Shown: positions 1 to 9,049, numbered from the stretch's first letter. The stretch is DNA of 61,970 nt from an uncultured Clostridia bacterium (GCA_944349415.1 CALVMX010000003.1:1-61970), one strand, 5' to 3'. Made by a program: numbers and translations. Notes: generated by a model from the letters alone, not told the origin.

Positions 1-282
1 GTGGAAAAGGCTCTTGAATTTTTAAGAAAAGAGCATAAAAAAGCCACTCATATTTGTTATGCCTATTCTCTTAAAGCCCCCTTTCTTGAAAAAGCAGTTG
101 ATGACGGAGAACCGGGTGGGACAGCAGGACGGCCTATTCTTTCCGTTATTCAAAAACGAGGTGCCACAGACACTTGTGTTTTTGTGGTTAGATATTTTGG
201 TGGAATAAAGCTTGGTGCTGGTGGGCTTGTCCGTGCCTACACGAAAGTGACAAGTGAAGTTTTAAAGGAAGAAGAAAAATGA
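1..282 (+). CDS. yigZ: YigZ/IMPACT family protein (5' truncated by window edge)
   Basis: Motifs ATHICYAY, DDGEPGGTAGRPIL, VVRYFGGIKLGAGGLVRAY. Confidence 0.93.
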   Translation: MEKALEFLRKEHKKATHICYAYSLKAPFLEKAVDDGEPGGTAGRPILSVIQKRGATDTCVFVVRYFGGIKLGAGGLVRAYTKVTSEVLKEEEK

Positions 283-905
283 TAATAACTGAAATTAAGA
301 AAACTAAAAATGCAATGCGTTATCATCTATATGTGGATGATAAGTTTTTTGGTATTTTTTTAGATGAAATCTTGGCAAAATATGCCTTGAAAACTGGTCA
401 AGAAATTGAAAAAGAAGATTTGGAAGAAATAAAAAAAGAAAATGACGGCAAACTTGCTTTTTTGTTGGCAATTTCATATCTTGAAAAATATAATGTTTCC
501 AAAAAGGGAATTGTGGACTATCTTAAAAAGAAAGGGCTCGACAAAAATGCTATTGATGAAGCCGTTGTAAAGCTTGAAAATTATGGTTATATTGACGACA
601 AAGTTTTTGCAAAAAACTATTTTGAGAGTTTACAGGGCTCTAAGGGGAAGCGAGTAATTGTGCAAAAACTTAAAGAAAAAGGAATAAGCGGAGAAATTAT
701 TTCGCTCCTTGTGGAGAACATTGATGACGAAGCGGAAGAAGAGCGAGCGTTAGCACTTGCTAAGAAATTCGTCAAAAATCGCGAGAATAACCTAAAAAAC
801 AAACAAAAGTGCCTTGCTCATTTAGTTTATAAAGGGTATGATTATAGTGTAGCACAAAGAGTGGCGAACAAAGTTTTTGAGAACATTGATGAAGAATGGT
901 CTTAA
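279..905 (+). CDS. recX: RecX family regulatory protein
   Basis: N-terminal RYHLYVD, then LENYGYIDD..FA, LKEKGIS and LVYKGYD helical repeats; 4-bp overlap with yigZ. Confidence 0.9.
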   Translation: MIITEIKKTKNAMRYHLYVDDKFFGIFLDEILAKYALKTGQEIEKEDLEEIKKENDGKLAFLLAISYLEKYNVSKKGIVDYLKKKGLDKNAIDEAVVKLENYGYIDDKVFAKNYFESLQGSKGKRVIVQKLKEKGISGEIISLLVENIDDEAEEERALALAKKFVKNRENNLKNKQKCLAHLVYKGYDYSVAQRVANKVFENIDEEWS

Positions 906-998
906 AAATTTTATAACCACTTAAATTTGCTTACATAGTTTTTGAGGTTTAATTTACTTTTAAATTTGTGCTATGGAGTTTATGTTTTAGCATGCTGG

Positions 999-1082
999 GC
1001 AAAATCACAGTTCGCTAAAGCGAACGCCAAGTTTTGAAAAAACTTGGACGAAAAATTTGAAAAATTTTTCGAGTGATTTTGC
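999..1082. repeat. Perfect four-way-junction (cloverleaf) palindromic element A
   Basis: Outer stem GCAAAATCAC/GTGATTTTGC (10 bp) encloses hairpins of 6, 9 and 10 bp with single-nt linkers. Confidence 0.85.
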
Positions 1083-1191
1083 TGTTTTCAAAAGAGTGTT
1101 GGATAGGTCAACAAATTTTTTTTACGCCTTTTTCATAAAAATAAAACCTTTTGGCAAAATAATTTTAAAATTTTGAAAAAAGGAAAAAATT

Positions 1192-1419
1192 ATGGAAAAA
1201 GAATATCTAGAACTTTTAGAGAAAGTAAAAAAAATTGAAAAGGAATATGGCTCGCTTGAAAATTTTGCTATTTTATCAACTTGCGGAAGAATCAAACATA
1301 AACTGAGAATAGGACGGAGTGTAGACTTAGAAAGTGTCTATGAAGAACTTTCTGACCTAGAATATGCCGACCTAATAGACTATCAAAATTTAAAAGGCGA
1401 ATATGGAGAAAGATTTTAA
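1192..1419 (+). CDS. Putative antitoxin for the adjacent MazF (atypical, no clear RHH domain)
   Basis: 75 aa, SD-like AAGGA, acidic C-terminus, overlaps the mazF start by 17 nt; called on position. Confidence 0.6.
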   Translation: MEKEYLELLEKVKKIEKEYGSLENFAILSTCGRIKHKLRIGRSVDLESVYEELSDLEYADLIDYQNLKGEYGERF

Positions 1420-1756
1420 ACGAGGAGAGATATACTTTGCTGACCTTAGTCCCGTGGTTGGGAGTGAGCAAGGTGGCGTTCGTCCTGTTTTAATCATTCA
1501 AAACAATGTCGGAAACAAATATTCGCCAACCGTCATAGTGTCTGCAATTACCAGTCAACTTTCAAAAGCGAAACTTCCAACTCACATTGAACTTCCATCG
1601 TCAAAATATCACTTACCTAAAGACTCAGTAGTTTTACTTGAACAAATACGAACACTTGATAAACGTCGACTTAAAGATAAAATTTCGGCAATAGACACAT
1701 ATAAGATGAAAGAAATTGATAAAGCGATTTTAATTTCATTAGGTTTTGTAAATTAG
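1403..1756 (+). CDS. mazF: MazF/PemK family mRNA interferase (NdoA/EndoA type)
   Basis: [44 protein letters not shown]; [13 protein letters not shown]. Confidence 0.97.
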   Translation: MEKDFKRGEIYFADLSPVVGSEQGGVRPVLIIQNNVGNKYSPTVIVSAITSQLSKAKLPTHIELPSSKYHLPKDSVVLLEQIRTLDKRRLKDKISAIDTYKMKEIDKAILISLGFVN

Positions 1757-1758
1757 AG

Positions 1759-1778
1759 AGAGGCGTTGCCTCTTTTTT
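1759..1778 (+). terminator. Intrinsic terminator after mazF
   Basis: AGAGGC-GTT-GCCTCT then T-tract. Confidence 0.75.
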
Positions 1779-1853
1779 CGTTTAAGTATTTTATCCAAAT
1801 TAATATGACGATTTTTATCAAATTTAGCCTAAAAATAAATTTAAAATAAGGGG

Positions 1854-1882
1854 TTTACAAATGTCGAAATTTGTGATATACT
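1854..1882 (+). promoter_or_regulatory. SigA promoter with a Spo0A box in the spacer
   Basis: TTTACA 1854-59, 17 bp, TGn-TATACT 1877-82; TGTCGAA at 1862-68. Confidence 0.65.
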
Positions 1883-1899
1883 AAAACTAAGGAGAGGGT

Positions 1900-2499
1900 A
1901 TGATGCAAAAAGAAAAAGTAAATTGGGCAGAAAATATCTATAGTTTTAGCAATAAATATGGAGATGAAGAATTGCTCAAAGCTTATTTTAAAGAGGATTT
2001 ACAGATAAAACTTGTAAATTATTTTGCCAAGCTTAACCTTATGTATGACGTTTTAGATTTTGTATATAAAAAGTCTAGAGAGGGCAAAAACATCATGGAT
2101 TATGCCCTTAAATATAATATGAAAAATCTTATTATTAAAGTTTTAAATACATACCCGCAATTTCGTTTTGAAAATTCTAATAATGAAAATCTTATCTTAA
2201 AAGCTGCCCAATTAGGAAATAAGGCAATGGAAGTTGGAAATAAAAAAGAGGCTACAGAGTATTTTGAAATAGTTAAATGGGCTCTCAGTAACGGGAACTT
2301 ATATATAAGAAGATTATGTTATGAAAAAGAGAAACCTAGTGCCCCTGCAAATCCTGAAGAAAACACTAAATCAGCTTTAGATTACTTTCATAAATATGAA
2401 AGAAGTATGCCAAGAAGTGATGATAACTATTATCCAAAAAGAAGAAGAGAATTTATTCAAGGAATTGACGATCCACAAGATTACTATGAGTTAAACTGA
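1900..2499 (+). CDS. Hypothetical protein with degenerate ankyrin-like repeats
   Basis: GKNIMDYALKYNMKNLIIKVL, NENLILKAAQLGN..EIVKWALSNG; SD AAGGAG. Confidence 0.55.
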   Translation: MMQKEKVNWAENIYSFSNKYGDEELLKAYFKEDLQIKLVNYFAKLNLMYDVLDFVYKKSREGKNIMDYALKYNMKNLIIKVLNTYPQFRFENSNNENLILKAAQLGNKAMEVGNKKEATEYFEIVKWALSNGNLYIRRLCYEKEKPSAPANPEENTKSALDYFHKYERSMPRSDDNYYPKRRREFIQGIDDPQDYYELN

Positions 2500-2577
2500 A
2501 AAATTTTTAAAAATACTTTACAAAAGTTTAGAAATATGATATAATGTCTAAGATTATTTTTAAGGAGCAATAAAGTT

Positions 2578-2787
2578 ATGATGAACAAACCGCCTATTGA
2601 TGAACTTGCAAAGAAAACAAACGGAAACAAATATATTCTTTCTATTTTAGCATCAAAAAGAGCAAAAGAAATTGAAACAACAAGAAGAAGTGAACTTGCA
2701 ACAGCTGATAAAAAAGCTATTTCTATTGCACTTGAAGAAATTTACAACGGAGATGTAACATATACTGGTGTTGAAGGCGAAGAATAA
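2578..2787 (+). CDS. rpoZ: RNA polymerase omega subunit
   Basis: PPIDEL..NKYILSILASKRAKEI..KAISIALEEI; upstream of priA. Confidence 0.95.
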   Translation: MMNKPPIDELAKKTNGNKYILSILASKRAKEIETTRRSELATADKKAISIALEEIYNGDVTYTGVEGEE

Positions 2788-2788
2788 T

Positions 2789-2845
2789 TTGCAAAAACAT
2801 TATGTTTGTGCTATAATTTCACTGCGGTAAAAGCAGTGATTTTTT
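2789..2845 (+). promoter_or_regulatory. priA promoter overlapping the rpoZ terminator
   Basis: TTGCAA 2789-94, 17 bp, TATAAT 2812-17; hairpin TCACTGC/GCAGTGA 2819-39 plus T-tract. Confidence 0.65.
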
Positions 2846-2863
2846 ATTATCTAAGGGGAAGAT

Positions 2864-5038
2864 ATGAAGTTTGCAAAAGTTGTCATTGACCAAGATGCCA
2901 AAGCAATAGACAAAGAATTTGAATATAAAGTTCCAGAAGAACTTGATGTAAAACTCGGCGAAAGGGTAAATGTGCCTTTCGGAACAAGAGTTTTGCAAGG
3001 CTTTGTTGTTGGTGAAAGCGACACTTCTTCTTATGATGAAAGTAAAATCAAAAATATTTTGTCTACAGTGGACGGCTTCCCTGTAATAAAGAGTGAAATG
3101 CTCGCACTTATGAACTATATGGCGGAAAAACTCCACCTCAAACTTGCCTCTATTTTAAGGCTTTTTCTTCCAAGCGAGATGAGAACAGGAAAAGTAAAAG
3201 AACTCCTTGTCAGGTATTGTGAACTTGAAGAAAATTTTGAATATCCTTCTAAGAATGCCAAAAAGCAGATAGAAATTGTAGAATATTTAAAGGAAAAGAA
3301 AAGAGAAAAATTTTCCGAGCTTTCTTCTCAATTTGGTTATGCTCCACTCTCTGCACTTGTCAAGAAAAATGTAATTAAGGTTTCTTTTGAAGAAGTGAAA
3401 AGGCAGATAGACTACGACCATATCTCTGGCGAAAAGAAACATTTGACCGATTTACAACAAAGAGCGGTGGATACCATCTCGGAGAATAAAACCTATCTTC
3501 TTCATGGCGTTACGGGAAGCGGAAAAACTGAAGTATATATGAATCTTATTGAGCGAGAACTCAAGAAAGGCAAAACTGCACTTATGCTTGTGCCAGAAAT
3601 TTCTTTGACACCGCAAGTTCTTGCAAATTTTAAGGCTCGTTTTGGAGAAGCGGTGGCTCTTATTCACAGCGGACTTTCTGCTGGCGAACGTTTTGATGAG
3701 TGGAGGAGAATATTTTTCGGCGAAGCAAAAGTGGTGGTTGGTGCGCGTTCTGCCATTTTTACTCCACTTGAAAACCTTGGAATTGTCATCATTGACGAAG
3801 AACACGAGCAAAGTTACATTTCGGAAAGTAATCCGCGTTATGACACACACGATATTGCACTTTTTAGACGTCAGTATAATGACTGCATTTTGGTTCTGGG
3901 CAGTGCCACACCTTCCATTGAAAGCTACACAAAAGCACTCGACGGCGAATATACACTTGTGGAGATGCCGGTTCGCGTGAATGGCATGGAAATGCCAAAA
4001 ATTGTCATTATTGATATGCTCAACGAATTAAGGCACGGAAACAGTGAAATTTTCTCTATTCCACTCTTAGCGGAACTTGGAAATGTTGTGGAAAAGAAAA
4101 AGCAAGCCATGATTTTCATAAACCGCCGAGGTTTTTCCTCCTTCCAGCGTTGCCGAGAATGTGGATATGTGGCAAAATGTAAAGACTGTGACGTTTCGCT
4201 TGTATATCATAGATATGAAAACAGATTAAAGTGTCACTATTGTGGAAAAAGATATAAAGCCCTTGATATTTGTCCAAGTTGCGGAAGTCACAACATAAAG
4301 CAGGGGGCTGTCGGGACTGAGCGAGTGGTGGAAGAGTTAAAAAGATTTTTCCCTGACGTTGCTATATTTCGTATGGACAATGATACCACTTCCACAAAAG
4401 GCGCACATAGAAGTATTTTGTCACAGTTTCGCGAGGTTAAACCTGCTATTTTGGTGGGGACTCAAATGATAGCGAAGGGTCATGATTTTGAGGATGTGAT
4501 TTTGGTGGGAATTATTGATGCCGACCAAAGTTTGTATCAAGCGGACTATCGCTCTATTGAGAGAACTTTTCAACTAATCACTCAAGTGAGCGGAAGAGCA
4601 GGACGAAGCAAAGACCAAGGGAAAGTCATTCTTCAAACCTATTCGCCAAGGCACTATGTCTATCGTTTTGCACAAAATTATGACTTTAAAGGTTTCTTTA
4701 AAAAGGAAGCAAATTTAAGAAAAGTGACCAACTTTCCACCATACACAAAAGTGCTTCGAATATTATTTTCACACGAAGATGAAAATATTGTAGCAAAAGA
4801 GATAAAAGTATGCTATAATAAAGTGCAGAAAGTTAAAGAAAAATATCCTGACGACTTCATTTATCTCGACGTTATGAAGTCGCCACTTAATCGAATTAAA
4901 ACAAAGTATCGTTATCAAATTCTTATGCGTTTTAAGCTTGAAAAAGCAGACGAAATTGAAAAAGAAATATATAATTGCGTTGACGAGAAGTGCAAAAGTT
5001 CAGTGTTTTATGAAATAAATCCAAACAATTTAAGTTAA
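2864..5038 (+). CDS. priA: Primosomal protein N'
   Basis: LLHGVTGSGKTEVY, DEEH, two CxxC zinc pairs, QVSGRAGR. Confidence 0.98.
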   Translation: MKFAKVVIDQDAKAIDKEFEYKVPEELDVKLGERVNVPFGTRVLQGFVVGESDTSSYDESKIKNILSTVDGFPVIKSEMLALMNYMAEKLHLKLASILRLFLPSEMRTGKVKELLVRYCELEENFEYPSKNAKKQIEIVEYLKEKKREKFSELSSQFGYAPLSALVKKNVIKVSFEEVKRQIDYDHISGEKKHLTDLQQRAVDTISENKTYLLHGVTGSGKTEVYMNLIERELKKGKTALMLVPEISLTPQVLANFKARFGEAVALIHSGLSAGERFDEWRRIFFGEAKVVVGARSAIFTPLENLGIVIIDEEHEQSYISESNPRYDTHDIALFRRQYNDCILVLGSATPSIESYTKALDGEYTLVEMPVRVNGMEMPKIVIIDMLNELRHGNSEIFSIPLLAELGNVVEKKKQAMIFINRRGFSSFQRCRECGYVAKCKDCDVSLVYHRYENRLKCHYCGKRYKALDICPSCGSHNIKQGAVGTERVVEELKRFFPDVAIFRMDNDTTSTKGAHRSILSQFREVKPAILVGTQMIAKGHDFEDVILVGIIDADQSLYQADYRSIERTFQLITQVSGRAGRSKDQGKVILQTYSPRHYVYRFAQNYDFKGFFKKEANLRKVTNFPPYTKVLRILFSHEDENIVAKEIKVCYNKVQKVKEKYPDDFIYLDVMKSPLNRIKTKYRYQILMRFKLEKADEIEKEIYNCVDEKCKSSVFYEINPNNLS

Positions 5039-5047
5039 GGAGAGAAA

Positions 5048-5527
5048 ATGTCAGTTAGAAATATTGTTAAAATTGGAAATGCAACATTGAGAAAAAAGTC
5101 AAAACCTGTGGTTGATTTTGGCGAGAGTTTATCTACGCTTTTAGAAGATATGAAAGCAACTATGCAAGAAAAAGGCGGTGTTGGAATTGCCGCTGTGCAA
5201 GTGGGTGTTTTAAGGCGTGCTATTGTCATTGAAGTGGAAGAAGGGGAATATCTAGAAATTATCAACCCTGAAATTGTTAAGACTCGCGGGAAAGTGACTG
5301 ACAGCGAAGGGTGCCTTTCTATTCCTGACTTCTATTGTGACGTTGAAAGACCAAAATATGTCAAAATTAAGGCTCAAGACAGAAACGGCGACGAGTTCTA
5401 TTTTGAAGCAAAAGACTATATAGCAAGGTGCATATGTCATGAAATTGACCACTTAAATGGGGTTTTGTTTGTGGACTACACAGAAGAAGGACAGATTTAC
5501 CGTGATAGATTTGAGAGGTTAAACTGA
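5048..5527 (+). CDS. def: Peptide deformylase
   Basis: GVGIAAVQVG, EGCLS, HEIDHLNG. Confidence 0.98.
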   Translation: MSVRNIVKIGNATLRKKSKPVVDFGESLSTLLEDMKATMQEKGGVGIAAVQVGVLRRAIVIEVEEGEYLEIINPEIVKTRGKVTDSEGCLSIPDFYCDVERPKYVKIKAQDRNGDEFYFEAKDYIARCICHEIDHLNGVLFVDYTEEGQIYRDRFERLN

Positions 5528-6444
5528 TGAAAATTCTATTTTTTGGAACACCTCTTTTTGCTGAAATCGTGCTAAAAAAACTACTTGAAAAACATGAAGT
5601 TGTCGGCATTGTATGCCAACCAGACAAACCAGCAAATCGTGGAAAGAAAATGCAATCTCCAAATATTGTGAACATTGCAAAGGTTTTGAATATTCCTGTC
5701 TATCAATTTGAAAAATTGAAAGACCATATTGAAGATTTCAAGAAAATTAAATGTGATTTGTTTGTGACCGCTTCTTATGGAAAAATTCTTCCAAAAGAAG
5801 TGCTAGATCTTAAAATGTGCATAAATGTTCATCCGTCAATTCTACCGAAATATCGCGGAGCGACTCCAATACAGTCCGCTCTTTTAAACGGTGACAAAGT
5901 GACCGGTGTGACAATAATGCAAACCGCTGTTGGTATGGATGACGGAGATATAATTCTCCAAAAAGAAGTGAAAATTGAAAAAGAAGAGGATTACAACTCT
6001 CTTATGCCAAGACTTGCCGAGATTGGCGGAAATTTACTGCTTGATGCAATTGAGAAAATAGAGAGTGGCATTGCCATTTTCCAAAAGCAAGATGACAGCA
6101 AAGCCACTTTTGTTAAATTGATAAAAAAAGAGGACGGACTTTTAGATTTTAATGAAACCGCTGAAAGTCTAGTTAACAAAGTGCGTGCTTATGTCGAATT
6201 TCCTGTGGCTTTCTTTAATATCGGCGATGAGAGAATAAAAGTTTATAAAGCGGAAGCGGTGGAAGGTTTTGAAAATTTAGAAGTTGGCGAAATTTACACT
6301 TCAAAAAAGGAATTTGTTGTGAAAGCAAAAGACAAAGGCTTCAAAATTTTGAAATGTCAAGTCTCTGGTGGTAAAGTTTTGGATGTTAAAGACTTTTTAA
6401 ACGGACACAAAATAGAAGATAAAAAGGTGAATGAATGTTGTTAG
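5527..6444 (+). CDS. fmt: Methionyl-tRNA formyltransferase
   Basis: FFGTPLFA, NVHPSILPKYRGATPIQ, MDDGDI. Confidence 0.97.
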   Translation: MKILFFGTPLFAEIVLKKLLEKHEVVGIVCQPDKPANRGKKMQSPNIVNIAKVLNIPVYQFEKLKDHIEDFKKIKCDLFVTASYGKILPKEVLDLKMCINVHPSILPKYRGATPIQSALLNGDKVTGVTIMQTAVGMDDGDIILQKEVKIEKEEDYNSLMPRLAEIGGNLLLDAIEKIESGIAIFQKQDDSKATFVKLIKKEDGLLDFNETAESLVNKVRAYVEFPVAFFNIGDERIKVYKAEAVEGFENLEVGEIYTSKKEFVVKAKDKGFKILKCQVSGGKVLDVKDFLNGHKIEDKKVNECC

Positions 6445-7460
6445 ATTTGTCTTTAGAAGAGATAACAGAATATGCACTAAATTTAGGTTTACCAAAGTTT
6501 CGTGGTAAACAGATTTTTGATGCTCTCTATAAGGCAAAAACTCTTGACGAAATCTCAAATTTATCTAAAGATATTAAAGAAAAAATAAAAGATGACTATC
6601 CAAATTGGGAGATAGTCAAACTTTTGGAAAGCAAGGACGGCACAAAAAAAATGGCTCTTAAACTTTTGGACGGAAGTTTGGTGGAAAGTGTGCTTTTGTC
6701 ATATAAGTATGGCAACACTGTTTGTGTGTCCACTCAAGTTGGCTGTCGAATGGGGTGCAAGTTTTGTGCATCCACAATTGGTGGTTTGAAAAGGAACTTA
6801 TCGGCAGGAGAAATTCTTCTTCAAGTTCTTTTATACAACAAAATTTTAGGTGGAACAGAAAAAGAAAGAAAGGTGACAAATGTTGTTTTAATGGGCTGCG
6901 GCGAGCCACTTGATAACTATGAAAATGTCACAAAATTTTTAAAGTTAGTTTCAAGCGAAAATGGACTTAATATCAGCGAAAGAAATATCTCTCTTTCTAC
7001 CTGTGGGCTTGTAGAAAAGATAAAAAAGCTTGCAGATGACGGCTTTAAAGTTACACTCACAATTTCTCTTCACGCACCAAATGATGAAATACGAAAAAAG
7101 ATTATGCCGGTTGCCAATGCCTATAAAATTAAAGATATTTTGTCCGCTTGTGACTACTATTTTGAAAAAACAGGCAGGCGAGTTATTTTTGAATACGCTC
7201 TCATTGAAAATGTCAACTCAAGTGAAGAAAATATCAAGGAACTAGGAAAACTTTTGAAAGGTCGAAGTTGTCTTGTAAACTTCATTCCTCTTAACTCCAT
7301 AAAAGAACAAAATTTAATTGGTGTTTCAAGAAAACGAGCATATTTTTTATCCTCTCTTTTAGAAAAAGAAGGAGTAAATTCCACTGTCAGACGCACAATG
7401 GGCGAAGATATTGAAGGTGCTTGTGGACAACTTAGAAATAAACTTGGAGGTGCAACTTGA
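6435..7460 (+). CDS. rlmN: Dual-specificity RNA methyltransferase RlmN
   Basis: CVSTQVGCRMGCKFC radical-SAM motif, MGCGEP, GACGQL. Confidence 0.97.
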   Translation: MLLDLSLEEITEYALNLGLPKFRGKQIFDALYKAKTLDEISNLSKDIKEKIKDDYPNWEIVKLLESKDGTKKMALKLLDGSLVESVLLSYKYGNTVCVSTQVGCRMGCKFCASTIGGLKRNLSAGEILLQVLLYNKILGGTEKERKVTNVVLMGCGEPLDNYENVTKFLKLVSSENGLNISERNISLSTCGLVEKIKKLADDGFKVTLTISLHAPNDEIRKKIMPVANAYKIKDILSACDYYFEKTGRRVIFEYALIENVNSSEENIKELGKLLKGRSCLVNFIPLNSIKEQNLIGVSRKRAYFLSSLLEKEGVNSTVRRTMGEDIEGACGQLRNKLGGAT

Positions 7461-8293
7461 AAGGTCTTGTTTTAAAGAAAAATGCCGACAAGTTTACTGT
7501 GGAAATAGAAGATAAAAAAGAAATATGCACTGCACGTAATTTGAAAGAGCAAGGTATCTTTGTTGGCGATAGAGTGGAAGTAAGCGGAAACGTTATTGAA
7601 AAAGTGCTTTCTCGAAAGAATCTACTTGTTCGACCGCCACTTGCTAATCTCGACAAAATGATAATCGTAATTGCCAAAACTCCAAAGCCTGATTTTCTTC
7701 TTGTTGATAAACTTTTAATTTTTTGCACTCTCAATGATATTGAACCTCTTTTATGTATCAATAAAAGTGATTTGGGAGAGGACTTTGTGGAAGAAGTAGT
7801 AAAAAATTACGAAAAAGCTACAAAAATTGTTGTGATTTCCACACTTGATGACACAGTTTTATGCCTAAAAAAAGAAGTTAAAGGAATAACCACACTTGCT
7901 GGACAAAGTGCTGTTGGGAAATCTTCCATCATTAATGCGATTTTTAAAAGTGAAATTACGCAAATTGGTGATTTTAGTAAGAAAGTGGAACGTGGAAAAC
8001 AAACCACTCGTCTTGTTGAGTTATATGAAGTTGAAAAAAGTAAATATCTAGCGGACACAGCGGGTTTTTCCAAACTTGATGAAAAACTACTTAATGTTGA
8101 TGAATATGAATTAAGAAAATATTATCCGGAATTTATTGCTCCTTCGCATAATTGTAAGTATAAAAGTTGCTTGCATTTATCGCCAAAAGATTGCGGTGTT
8201 TGTGAGGCGGTAAAAAACGGTAAAATAAGCAAATTAAGGTATGAAAACTATAAAATTTTGCAAGAAAATATAAAAAATGTAAAAAGATTTTGA
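7457..8293 (+). CDS. rsgA: Small-subunit ribosome biogenesis GTPase RsgA/CpgA
   Basis: NKSD, GQSAVGKSS, GKQTTR, DTAGF, C-terminal CKYKSCLH..C zinc site; TTG start. Confidence 0.95.
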   Translation: MKGLVLKKNADKFTVEIEDKKEICTARNLKEQGIFVGDRVEVSGNVIEKVLSRKNLLVRPPLANLDKMIIVIAKTPKPDFLLVDKLLIFCTLNDIEPLLCINKSDLGEDFVEEVVKNYEKATKIVVISTLDDTVLCLKKEVKGITTLAGQSAVGKSSIINAIFKSEITQIGDFSKKVERGKQTTRLVELYEVEKSKYLADTAGFSKLDEKLLNVDEYELRKYYPEFIAPSHNCKYKSCLHLSPKDCGVCEAVKNGKISKLRYENYKILQENIKNVKRF

Positions 8294-8376
8294 TTTTTTA
8301 AAACAATTTGATAGAATACAAATATATTTAATTTTGCCATGTAAATTTATTAAAGTTTGCATATAAAAGGAATTAT

Positions 8377-9045
8377 ATGAAAAGAGTTGTTGACGTGGCG
8401 GTTTCTACCGACCCTATTGATGATTATCAAAATATTGTGGAATATGCCAAAGAGTTGCAAGGACATGCTGATTTTCTTCATTGCGACATTATGAATGAAA
8501 ATTTTGTAAATAAAAGCACTTATGACTATAATGTCGTAAAATCAATAAACAGTGCAAGTGGTATTATGCTTGACTGTCATTTAATGGTGGACGAACCGGC
8601 CAATGACGTTTCGAAATACATTGACGCTGGAGCAAATATCATAACTCTTCATTATGAGGCTTTTGAAGATAAGGATATGCTGGCAGAAGTTATAACTTAT
8701 ATTAAGAAAAACTCCATTTTGGCAGGTTTAAGTATCAAACCATCAACACCGTTTAAAGAAATTCGTGCTTTTAGTTATAACGTTGACATAATTTTAGTTA
8801 TGGGCGTGGATCCGGGTTCAAGTGGACAAGAAACTTTGCCTGAGACTTATGATAAAGTGGCAGAAATAAGCAAGTTTAGGCAAGACAACAACTTGAATTT
8901 CAAAATCGAGTTTGACGGCGGTGTAAACGAAAAAAATGCTGAAAAATTAAGAGATTTAGGTGTGGACATCTTAGTTTCAGGCACTTTTGTTTATAAGGCA
9001 AAAGATAGAATAAAAGCGATTAAATTCTTAAAAGGACAGGAATAG
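8377..9045 (+). CDS. rpe: Ribulose-phosphate 3-epimerase family protein (divergent)
   Basis: HCDIM, DCHLMV, ILVMGVDPG..GQ, DGGVN; position after rsgA. Confidence 0.85.
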   Translation: MKRVVDVAVSTDPIDDYQNIVEYAKELQGHADFLHCDIMNENFVNKSTYDYNVVKSINSASGIMLDCHLMVDEPANDVSKYIDAGANIITLHYEAFEDKDMLAEVITYIKKNSILAGLSIKPSTPFKEIRAFSYNVDIILVMGVDPGSSGQETLPETYDKVAEISKFRQDNNLNFKIEFDGGVNEKNAEKLRDLGVDILVSGTFVYKAKDRIKAIKFLKGQE

Positions 9046-9049
9046 GGAT

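Noticed and set aside
999-1082. tRNA or tRNA pseudogene interpretation of the cloverleaf elements (also 59262-59342)
   Set aside because: No GTTCRA T-loop, D-loop GG, 7-nt anticodon loop or CCA; stems are too long and loops too short.
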